Origin: the human T2T-CHM13v2.0 reference genome, Homo sapiens | Direction: 5' to 3' (one strand) | Assembly (NCBI RefSeq): GCF_009914755.1 | Contig: NC_060933.1 | Length of the DNA stretch: 64,000 bases | Shown here: piece by piece, positions 1 through 10,976 of the stretch | Layout: every line of letters begins with the position of its first letter | Numbering within the stretch: the stretch's first letter is position 1 | The notes under the pieces: model-generated | The model's input: only the letters and a program-made list of their open reading frames with translations | Database searches by the model: none | Told to the model about the DNA's origin: nothing | Position numbers and translations under genes: made by a program

Positions 1-440
1 TAAAGGGGCTGGTCCATGTACACACCCATGAACAAAGGGGCTGGTCCATATACACATGCATGAACAAAATGGCTGGTCCATGTACACACCCACGAACAAA
101 GGGGCTGGTCCATGTACACGCCCATGAACAAAGGGGCTGGTCCATATACACATGCACGAACAAAGTGACTGGTCCATGTACACGCCCACAAAGGGGATGG
201 TCCAGATAGATGTCTACGAAAAAAGGGGCTGGTCCATATACACATGCATGAACAAAGGGGCTGGTCCATGTACACTGGCATGAACAAAGGGGCTGGTCCA
301 CATACATGCGTATGAACAAAGGGGCTGGTCCATATACATGCCTATGAACAAAGGGGCTGGTCCATATACACACCCACAAACAAAGAAACTGGTCCATATA
401 CACACCCACAAACAAAGGGGTTGGTCCACGTAGATGCCTA
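1..440. repeat. 32-bp minisatellite, about 13 copies, truncated by window start
   Basis: Unit AACAAAGGGGCTGGTCCAT(G/A)TACACA(CC/TG)CATG; AAAGGGGCTGG starts at 2 and 34 (period 32). Confidence 0.95.
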
Positions 441-526
441 CTAATGCCTGTAGGCTGGAGCACCTAGCACAGCCAGACAAAGGCTTGTGAAGCTCTATGC
501 AGGGACAAGGCTAGCGGCTGCCCTGG

Positions 527-989
527 TGTGATGGTTAATTTTATATCAGTTTGACTGACCATAAGGTGCCCAGGTTAAACTTGGTTTCTGAATGTGCCTG
601 TGGGGTGTTTTCAGATGAGGCTGGCCATCTGTGCCTGTAGACTCAGTACGGGTGGGCCTCATCCAATCTACAAGGGCCTGAATAGAGCAAAATGGCTGGG
701 GCAGGAGGAACGTGCCCTCTCTCCTCCTGCCTGCTGGCTGGTCTGGGACACTGCTCTGGTACAGCCCCTGGGCTGGGGCTGATGCCATTGGCTCCTCGGC
801 TTCTGGGGCTTTGGGACTCGGATTGGAACTGGACCCCAGCTTTCCCAGGCCTCCAGCCTGCAGGCAGTCTAGGGTGGGGCTTCTCAGCCTCCAGAGTGAC
901 ATGAGCAGAGTCCCATATCAGTCAATCTCCTTTATACATCTCCTACCATTCTGCTTCTCTCACTTCTCTGGAAAACCCTGACTAACACA
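527..989 (+). mobile_element. Solo ERVL LTR, MLT2 family
   Basis: Starts TGTGATGGTTAATTTT, ends GAAAACCCTGACTAACACA (TG..CA); perfect 5-bp TSD CCTGG at 522-526 and 990-994. Confidence 0.9.
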
Positions 990-1109
990 CCTGGACAGAG
1001 TGAACGCTGGCAGAAAGCCGTCTTGGTTCATTTTCCTCTGCTCTGCGGGTCCTGCACTTACCTACCCTCACGTCTGCCTGCACAGATCCTCACCCAGGGT
1101 TTGGAGGGG

Positions 1110-1210
1110 ACAGCCTGGGACTTGTGCTCACCTCCACCACTGGCTGGCTATGTGAGCTTGGCCAAGCCACCTCTTTCCTCTTTCCATGTCCTCATCTGCA
1201 GAGTGGGGAA
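1110..1210. mobile_element. MIR fragment
   Basis: CTGGCTATGTGAGCTTGGCCAAG..CCTCATCTGCAGAGTGGGGA resembles the MIR core. Confidence 0.6.
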
Positions 1211-1959
1211 AGAGCAGTGTGCCCGTCCTCCGGTTGTCCTGAGCCTGCCAGGACAGAGTCCAGGGGAACGGCCATCAGTGACCTGAACACAGCAAGGGTC
1301 AAAAAACTGGTAGCTCCATTTCCTGCTCCTCCGTCCCCTGGATCCACCTCCCTGTGTCCTCCTCTGGGCCGGGGCCCTGCCCTCAGATACTTGCAGGCTC
1401 ATGGAGGAAATAACCAGGAGAATCGAGGGTTTCAGAACTGGAAAGAAGAGCAAGCCTGGTCCCCTGGGGACCCTGGCACGCCATCCGGAGTGGGAGCCTT
1501 CACCATGGGCAACGCCGCTTCTCACTGTTCATGGTGGGTGAAGGGTGTAAGCTGCCATCTACGCTTGGCAGGAGGTGAGACCAGCGAGTGGCCTTCCTGC
1601 AGGCCTGAGGAGGAAGTGCCAGGACTTGTTCTCCCAGGCATGACTTGGCAGCGACGGCGTTGCCAGAACACACACTTCCAGCACTTTCATGGAAAGCCCA
1701 GACCTGCTGGCTTAACTGGCTTGGAGCACCACTCCTGGGTGAGGACACAGCTCCCAGCCAGATGTCCTGGCAGGTGACGCCTGGAAAACACAATGTATCA
1801 TGCCAGAGACCGTCTCGGCTCTGGAGGGAGGGCACTTGGCGTCACAGCTGTATTGGGGACCAGAAGGCGCTTGTCCCAGCTCTCTGGATTTCTCTCTTAT
1901 TTCAGTAGAGGCCCTTTCTAAGTCCCCTGGCTGGCTCCTCGTCCCTCCCTGGCCTCCCT

Positions 1960-2330
1960 AACAAGGGCAGTCTCCAGGGCTCTGCCTTCAGCCATCCTCT
2001 CTCCCTGGACAGCTCACCTGTTCCCGCCTCTTCAAATACAACCTATTTGCTAAAGGCTTCCTAATCTAAAAATGTCCCCAGCCCGGGCTTCCTCAGCCCC
2101 TCGCTCCTCCTAGAGGCCTCCACCTGAGAACACCCCAGGTGCCTCAGTGACGAGAACAAGGCAGAACCCGTGTGGATCCTCCTTCAACCCCATAGCCACG
2201 CTCAGTCCTGCTCTTTCATGCTCTAGTGTCCCATCTCTGGAATGCTCACATCAAAGGGCTGGGAGTCCTTGCAGAAACCTCCCAACCCCTCCAACCTCCT
2301 GCCACACAGACAATTGGTCAAGGTGCCCTC
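1960..2330 (+). mobile_element. Degenerate L2 fragment
   Basis: TTCAAATACAACCTATTTGCT..CCCCAGCCC..CTCCACCTGAG..CCTCA resembles the L2 3' ORF region. Confidence 0.5.
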
Positions 2331-2614
2331 GGAGCTAGGCCTTTAAAACACGTCACCCACCAGCCCACCACAGCCCCTGGGCCAGGCCGCCAGCGTCCCC
2401 TTTTCCTGGGTGCAGCCATGGCCCCATTGGCCCCCTGCTTCCACTCTTGCCACGTGTAGTCGGCAAACCAGCCCTCTGTCCTTCAATCTGTATCAGGCCA
2501 CCTGCTGCTCGGAAACATCTGACAAGGTCCACGGATCTGGCCCCACCACCCTCCATGTCACGTGACACGCCCCCCCTCCTGGTGCACTCCGGACCCCCGG
2601 ATCCCCCTCCTCCT

Positions 2615-2890
2615 GCTCCCATTGCAGCTGCAACAGGTCCCAACACCTGGTGGCTTCAAACAGCACGCAGTGGTCACATTACAGAGAAGAGGGCGAGGCT
2701 GAAATGGGTCTCACTGGCCTAAATCCAGGCACTCCCTCCGAGGCCTTCGGGGAGAATTTGAATCCCGCCTTCCCCAGTTCTGGAGGTGCCTGCATTCCTT
2801 GGCTCCAGACCCCTTCCTCCGTCCTCAAAGCTGGCAGCATCTTCAGTTCATCTCTGACTCTGACCTCTGCTTCCCAAGTCACATCCGCCT
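2615..2890 (-). mobile_element. MaLR LTR fragment (MLT1-like)
   Basis: TGGTGGCTTCAAACAGCAC..CCAGTTCTGGAGGTGCCTGCATTCCTTGGCT..CTCTGACCTCTGCTTCC matches the typical antisense MLT1 pattern. Confidence 0.7.
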
Positions 2891-3905
2891 CCCCCCGACC
2901 CTGCCCAGCAGAAGTGGCGCTTTCATAAAATCACAGCTGTGGGGACAGTGGCCAAAGAAACACCAGCAAGGGGCCCTGGTAGGAAAACATCATGACCAGG
3001 CCCTCGGAGCTCAGAAACTGCCTTCGTGTGGATGCCTTTGTCATGGCAGGGCTCGTCCCACGCAGGGCAAGCAAAAAGAAAAACACTCTGGGAATAAGAC
3101 ACATCCTCCTTGGATGCCCAGACACAAGTGCCTGGAACCCCCCAGGCCCAAACCACTGCCTGACCCCAAATCAAGCCCTGGAGGTCAGTGCGAAGAGCCT
3201 CGTGCCTAAACCATTGCCTGGAGATCCCTGGCCTGGCTGAAAGCATGCAGCAGTCTGAGGCGGCATCCAGGTGTTTGGAGGATTCGATCTGTTTGACCTC
3301 ATAGTAAAACAAACAGCTGTGGCCAGAACCAACTCTGCTAAGAGCAAGGCTGCTGGAAGCCCGGAATGGCCTCCTCGCTCAGACCAGAGCTGGGGAATAA
3401 CCGCGGATTTAGCAGCCACAGTGCGTGCCTCTGGCTACAGAAGCCCTCGTCTTGCCTGATTCCTGCAGCAGGAGCGTGGAATTTTCCTCCCTTTGAACAA
3501 TCGATGCTGGAGCTGATTCTGTTCGTCGCTTCCCTCCTGAGCCGCCAACGCAGGCGTTTTTGCTCAAGTCCCTCAGAGTCAACATGACAACCTTCCAGTG
3601 AGTAAAAAAAGGCTGTCGCCGCTCTTGATTACTTCAGAGAGGGTTTTTCAATTGTGCTATTGGCTTAAAATTGCATTTTACATTACTGGGGTGAAGGCTC
3701 CCACGCTGCCGTGGTATCCAGTGAAAAATACTGTCAGAAATCGATGCTTAAAACCTACTAAATCTCTTGGCTGGGGTTCATGGAAAAGCACATTTCAAGA
3801 TGGTTAGAAACTGTTCTTATTGCAAGACAAATAATGATTGCACATATTTCAACAACCTGTTGCTACTTTTCTGCACAATTTCGCCACGGACGTCAACATC
3901 CACTC

Positions 3906-4053
3906 CACCGACATCCCTGGAGCACCCACCACGTGCTGGGGACCCAAGGGGAACAGGATATGCCTGGCCCCCATTTTCACCACCAACGTCCCCGGAGCAT
4001 CCACCACGTGTTGGGGGCCCAAAGGGAAGATATGCCTGTCCCCCACCTTCACC
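3906..4053. repeat. Diverged tandem duplication, 75-bp period, 2 copies
   Basis: CACC(G/A)AC(A/G)TCCC(T/C)GGAGCA(C/T)CCACCACGTG.. starts at 3906 and 3981. Confidence 0.85.
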
Positions 4054-4839
4054 AGACCAGCCAGGGCTTCCATTGCAGCCTCCTGGGAGATGGACTTCAT
4101 ACAATCGTAAGAGAGTGGGGAAGACACAGACGAGAAAGGGGATGGCCCCGGTGCTGTGGGAACATCTCAAGCACACATCCCAGAGCCTGGGATGGGGACG
4201 TGTGTCCCTAGGCCATGGATTGAAGAAGTCTGCAGAGAAGTCAGTGGGGGCTGGTGCGGGGCTGGGGTGGGAAGGGCCTTCACTCCCCACTGGGTGTGAA
4301 ACAAGCCTCTTAACTGGGTTAACCCCCTAGAAAACAGAAGACATGGAGTCGGCTGCTGATCTTCCAAACACCCCATCATGGCTTCTCAATTTCATTTTCC
4401 AGACCCCACCATCCCCTAGCTAGATTTTGTCACCTGAACACATCTGCTCCATAACCACAGATGGTCCCCCATCCCCACCATCTTGATTTATTTGTTCGTT
4501 TGTTTTCTGGGTGTGTAAAATCAAATTCCTACACTCACTTTGGATTCTAGCTTCTAGAAAAGCAGCTAACTGAAGCAATGGGCATGCCACGTCACAGACG
4601 GCTGCAGCTGACCCACATTTCAGGGGCATCAGGAAGCACTGTAACCAACCAACGACTGCATGGCACGCGATCAGCAACATCAAGGACCTTCGTGAACATC
4701 ACTGGAAATCAGCCAAGCGTCCGGAGCCCTTAGAGATGAGAGCCCAAAATGGCCTCGAGTGGCTGGCACAAAGGATGTCTTCCGAAAGGCCACCACCCAG
4801 CCTGCTTTGAATGCACACAGCACAGAAAACGCCTCGGTC

Positions 4840-5345
<506 letters not shown>

Positions 5346-6298
5346 GCGGTGTGGGCCTGCCTGCGGACATTAAGACAATGGGACAGCAAGGGGACAAAGC
5401 CGGGACAGTCAGCCCTCGCTGCTTCCCTGGGTCCAGAGCCATCCGTGGGATCCAAGCAAATGGCAAGAGGGCCACTCAGAGCTGCGTCTGTGGCCCCGGG
5501 ACAGACCCCAAGAGTCCCTGTGGCCATGGCGGAGGTGCCCTGAGCCCTGGGAGCCTCAAGTTGCTGAGTCCTTGAGGGACAGGTGCCCCTTTCTGTCCCT
5601 CGTCCAAACCCTGGTGATGGCATTTCAGGGTCACACGGTGGGTTGAACGTTTCATGGGGGAGCTCCGCCTCCCAGCAGACTCACTTCCCTGTCTCATGTG
5701 GAAGGAGTGACAGAACTTCGGGTATCATTGGCATCTTTCGCCTCCGGATAACCCGACTCCCTGGCTTCACAGGGGAACGGCCTCAGAGCCACCAATACCA
5801 AAACAACGACTGGGAGAATGTGTTCGGGTGCCCCGTGACTGTCACCAATGTCGGGTGAGATTCTGTGGGGTGCTTCATGAAATTCCAGGGGGTGGCTGAT
5901 GGCAAAGTGTCCCATGAAATCTGTAGGGCTGTGGCCGAATTCCACAGAGGGTCCCGTGAAATCCTGGGGCCTATGAAATGCAATCTGCCAGCCTCTGCCC
6001 ACCTGTAGCCATGATGGGTCTGGCTGGGCACGGGAGAAACAGCAGGAGCTCAGCCCTGCACCCGCAGCTCTGGGAGCAGAGAACATGCCCTGGACGCTTC
6101 GGGGCTGAGTGGCTCCGCAGGCGGGAAAGCGCGGATCGGACCTGCAAGGAGATGCCACCCGGACTGCCACACTCACCCAGAGACAGACATGAAAAGAGAG
6201 AGGGTTGCCATCCTCATGTGCATAAAGGGCAGTGGGGAGGAAGCGGGGAGGAAAGGGGTCAGGTTGGACGGCAGGAAGCCGGATGCCAGCTCAGAGCG

Positions 6299-6416
6299 GG
6301 AGGCTCTGTACCATGTGGCTGGCCATACCCTGGGCTCTGTTGGCGAGGTCTGACCACGGAGGCTCTGTACCATGTGGCTGGTCATACCCTGGGCTCTGTT
6401 GGCGAGGTCTGACCAC
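6299..6416. repeat. Near-perfect 59-bp tandem duplication
   Basis: GGAGGCTCTGTACCATGTGGCTGG(C/T)CATACCCTGGGCTCTGTTGGCGAGGTCTGACCAC at 6299 and 6358; one mismatch. Confidence 0.95.
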
Positions 6417-6419
6417 ATG

Positions 6420-6760
6420 AGCCTCAAATTCAGGCGGGTTCTGCTCACCAGCAATATCTGCCTGCCCTTGGGCAAGTCCCTCAACCTCTCTGAGCCTCAG
6501 TTTCTTCATCTGTAGAAGAGGAAGAATAGCAGCCCCTCTCGGGTGGCAGGAGGAAGGGGAAGATGACCTGAGGGGCGGTAATGGAGACTGGGGTGGCAGC
6601 TGACTTGAAAACTGGCGCCATGAAAGAAAAGACACTGCTGTTCTCCCCGTCACAGATGAGGAAACCAAGACTCAGAGGGTCCAAGGCACTGGACTGAGGT
6701 GGCACAGCCAGAGGCAGCAAGGAGCTGGACCCGCCCCAAGCACCGTCTGACTCCAATTGC
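6420..6760. mobile_element. Two MIR fragments in opposite orientations
   Basis: CCTTGGGCAAGTCCCTCAACCTCTCTGAGCCTCAGTTTCTTCATCTGTAG (about 6465-6515) and CAGATGAGGAAACCAAGACTCAGAGGG (about 6653-6680). Confidence 0.7.
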
Positions 6761-6859
6761 AGCCTCCCAGGCCTGCTTCTGGCACGAGTCTGTTGACGTA
6801 GGCCTTAGCCACCAGAGCCAGTGCTTCCAACCGAGCTCTCTGCAGTGACAGAAACGCTC

Positions 6860-7010
6860 TAGGTCTCTGCCATCCAACAGGACGGCCACAAGCCACATGT
6901 GGCCTTTGAGCCCTTGAAATGTCAGTGCAGCCGAGAAACCGAATTTCTAATTGTATTGAATTTTATTAATTTAGATTCAAGGAGCCACACGTGCTGAGCA
7001 GCCTGACTCT
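6860..7010. mobile_element. hAT-Charlie DNA transposon remnant (MER3-like MITE)
   Basis: AGCCACATGTGGC..TTGAAATGT..GAATTTCTAATTGTATTGAATTTTATTAATTTAG..AGCCACACGTG, the palindromic MER3 layout. Confidence 0.7.
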
Positions 7011-8319
7011 GGGCGTCATTGCAGGTTAATTGAGCGTCCCCCCAACGCTGGAAAGCCACCACCCCCACCCAGATCACTCAGGGGAGGCTTTTTGAAGAAC
7101 CACCTTGCTGCTGGCTACACCCAGTGGCGCTGGGGGTCTCTGAGGGGCCCATGGATCCATGCTAAGGCCTGCGGTCGGGGCATCCACCTCCCAGCCTCAG
7201 CCTGCAGGAGGAGCTGTCAGCTCCAATAGACTGGCCTCGGGAGGCTACTACTGGCTCTAGGCCTCGGGCAGCTGCTGGGCTCACCCAGACGGGGTCAGCT
7301 TTGCAGAGAAGGGTCACAAGGTGAGGCAGGGTCTGTGTACCTGGAGGTCCCGGGGGGCCCTCAAGTGCCACAGGCTGGGTCCAGGCCTAACTCTGCCCCT
7401 CCCTGACCTGGTGTCCCTGAGCAGGTCCCCATCTGCAAAAGACATAATGGGACACCTTCCCCACCTCCGTGGGCTGAGAGGACTGACTTGGATTCCTCGT
7501 GGGGAGGGAGGGCCAAGTCCCAGCCAACCTCGGGCTCTGGAGGGCAGCCCATGGTCTCCCCGTCATCACTTTGCCAGGTGGCTGCCCACTCCAGAAAGCA
7601 CTGTAACTACCCTAGTCATAGCTTCCTAAACCCCCAGAAGTGAAGGTGGCAGCAGGCAGGCGGAGGCAGGGCCTCCCCACCACATGGCCCCCGTTCTCCT
7701 AAACAGCACTCTGGTGCCCAGATACTTCCAGGAAGATTAAGCTGAAAACTCCAGCGCAAGCTGCTGGAGGAGAGGGGGTTGCTGTGGCAACCGCATCTGG
7801 CCTATTCACTTGAGTTTTGGAGGTGAGGGATGGAGAACAGAAATACGGCAAAACCCCAAGCGCAAGGCCTCCTTCGATTTCACAACCAGCACGTGTGTGG
7901 GGGGGTCGAGCGGAGAGAGGCGAGTGCTTTAAAACTCGCTGAGACAATCCACTCAGGGTTTGTCTGTGGCTCTTTAATATCCAGCCACCCAGCCTGGTTC
8001 TGGCTGTTCTGTTGCCAAGAGGTGACGTCAGACGCTTGGCAGCGTGACAAGCTGGGGCCAGGCCAGGTGCGAGCTTCACAGCACCCGGTGCTTCCTGAGA
8101 GACCTCAGGCAGGGACAGGAGGGGTTTTTTAGCACCAAGGCTGGGGCGGGAGAGGAGGAGGAGCTGCTCACAAAGATGCCCTGCCCTTTCCACGGAGATC
8201 CTCCTAGTGGCTTGCAGGGAGTCTACCTCCTGGTGCCGAGCACACAGAGTCCCCCAGGAGGACACAGCACCTAAATGTTTGTGTATATTCCGTGTGTATT
8301 CCGAGTCCACTTGCACACT

Positions 8320-8650
8320 CCAGGAGCATTTATCTGCAAACATTCAGAGCTCCCCTACACACCAGGCTCTGTGCCAGGTGCCAAGGGCCGGGACTAAGAC
8401 ACATGTGACCTCATGGAATTGCCATTGGTGGGGACAGAGAAGCCAGGCGGCCCCCACAGTGCAGGGCCTGGAGTAGGGGAGGTGCAGGCTGCATGAGCAC
8501 AGACGAGGAACAGCTCATCTCCTCTCAAGGATGGAGGGGAAAAACCAGGGAGGCTTCCTGGAGGAGGTGGCATCCAAGCTGAACTCTGAGGAATGCCTCA
8601 GCCTCATGAAGGAGCAGCACAAGGCTCCTGAAGCAAGGGCCTGACCAATG
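8320..8650 (-). mobile_element. L2 3' end fragment
   Basis: CATTTATCTGCAAACATT..CCAGGCTCTGTGCCAGGTGC..GGAGGCTTCCTGGAGGAGGTGGCA. Confidence 0.65.
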
Positions 8651-9269
8651 TTCAGCCCAGTCCATCGGGGACGCAGGAACAGCACAGGTGGTCAGGGCCT
8701 GTTCTGGGGGCCTCCTTGGCAGAAGGAGGTTGGGGTTAAGCCCAAGCACAGCCGGAGCTCCCTGGAGGGTGCATGGCGGTGGTGCAGTGCCCATCCTGCA
8801 TGTCCAAACCATTGTGGCTGCCAGGTGGGGTCCAGGTGTCTGGGGCTGGGCCTGGAGCTGAGGCCAGGTGGAGGCTGCAGCTGAGATGCAGGAGGACACA
8901 GAGGCAGGCACTCAGGTGGCCTCGGCAGGAGGGGGCAGTCCTGTTGGGTGCTCTGGCCTTGGCCCTTGAAAGCCAGTGAACTGGAGGATGAGGCCTGTGG
9001 GGCAGCAGGAGAGCCATGGATCTGCTCCTGGGGAGGGGGCAGGGTCAGGGGCTGGCACAGGGACCTGGGAAAAGAGACCTCGAGCTGGGCCTTTGGATGC
9101 AGTGCCAGAGGGGAACTGGGATGCCTGTTTCAGGTTCAGGCTGGGTAGGGAGCACATGGGCAGGTGGGTGCCCTGAGGACAAGAGCCCTGGGCAGTCCTG
9201 GAAAAAATCAGAGTGACCTGCAGGATGCTTCCTGCCGCACGCCGTGTTAACATGCAAATGGAGACTGTT

Positions 9270-9960
9270 TTCACTGCACATATTTCGCAGTCTAATTTCA
9301 TAAACCGTATATTCATCAGAGAACATCATGGAACATATCGGAAAGTCCAAAGAGAAGGTACATGCCCACAATCCCACTCCGAGAGCAAGTGACAGGTGAC
9401 GTCTGCAAGCACAGCGTTCTAGCTCTTCCCGTGCATAGATGCACTTTTCTTTTCATCAGCTTGCGACCATGCGTTCCAGTGTTTCAAAGGCTGTTTTTAA
9501 AATAAATACAGTCTATCTTCCAGGCACCTGCCTGGCACTTTGTAGGTTATCAGTAAACATTTGATGAATAAATGAAGGCAGGAACAGTTTCTCCTGGTGA
9601 ATGCTCTTCTACAAAACCGAGTTTGCACCGTCGTCAGCGGCTGCCTCATGCCTCGCTCTGTGCATGAGCTGCCCTCTCGGCCCCTCCTCTGCTGTGGGGC
9701 GTTCATGCCATTTCTGGGTTTTTCACTCTTTCAGACGCTGCTCAGCGGATGTCCTGGTGGTTATGCCTTTTTCCACGTCTCAGAGGATTGATCAAAGGAC
9801 GGTTACTTTGTTAGAGCAGCTGACACATTTATGACATTACTCTCAGAAAAGCCTGCACCGGATTCATCCCAGGGTGGGACGCCCGTGCCGGAGCCCACAC
9901 TCTTGCAGCACTCAGCTCCGTAGCTGTCTCCAAACTGCTTTGCTGAAGAAGGTGATTCTT
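9270..9960 (-). mobile_element. Old L1M fragments with an embedded L2 tail (about 9525-9577)
   Basis: Weak antisense L1 3' similarity; CCTGGCACTTTGTAGG..CAGTAAACATTTGATGAATAAATGAA is an L2 terminus. Confidence 0.45.
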
Positions 9961-10976
9961 TACAGTTTAAGTCTATGCTTCTCAAATCCTCTGTGGCAAA
10001 GACTGGTTACTGAAGCTTTTCCAATCTACCTCAGACCAATACTAGTAAAATGAAGTAAAATATATATATATTAGTTTAAAAAAAACACACACACATTTTA
10101 AGCCATCATGTTTTAGTATGAGATTCAACAGACACAATTATCCTGTCAAATTGCTATAGAGTTCCTCAATTTTTGGATATTTTTATCATAAACTTTTACT
10201 CGATCATTCCTGGACCAGTTCTGGCCCGAGGTTGCACGTTGGGTGGGATGGTTGAAATAATTCCCCCACTGAAAATAATCCCCCACTGAAAATAATTCAC
10301 CCACTGGCCATCTATTATTAATAATGTGGACAACCTGTGCGTCGGAACAGCGATTTCACTTGCATTTCCAATCCCGCAGGTCAGCAGGAAGGAACACATT
10401 CTTCTCATTGGAAGAAGATGGAATCAAGCCCAGGCTGCCAGGGCTGTGGCTGGGACCCTGTGTGAGCCCAGAGGCCACGGGATGGGACAGATCCCAGTCC
10501 TCCAACTCCCGGCAGGTATCTGAGGCTCTGCCACCGTTTTCCAACATTGAGGGGCTGTGCTGCCCTGTGGAATGAGGACAGTGTCCAAGTTAATGAGGCT
10601 TCGTGGCAAATGCCCAGCCCCCGTCAGGAGGCCTTCATTCTTTGCCCTCAAATTGTGGGGGTGGGGGGCTGGATTGGACCAGAACAGTCTGTGCTGTGCT
10701 CTGGCTGGGGCTTGGACAGAGAAGCCTGCCTCCCTGGGGATGCCCTTTAGGCAGGGCTGAAGGCATAGCGCAGAGGGCTCCTCCTGGTCCCTGGGTGCCC
10801 ATTTCTGGCCCCAGCTGCCTCCCCTGATGGCCATGGGTACTAGGATGAAATCCTTGCACCAGGGCAGCCCCGGCCTGCAGTCACCCCTTTCTGGGATGAA
10901 AGCAAGGCAAGGTGCCTGGGCTGGAGCTCGGGGGCAGGTGGTGCTGGGGACCTCAGGTGGTTGTGATTTCACCTCT

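Noticed and set aside
9972-10235. Possible Charlie-type DNA transposon remnant
   Set aside because: The start TGCTTCTCAAA is suggestive, but I could not identify the family or a matching terminus.
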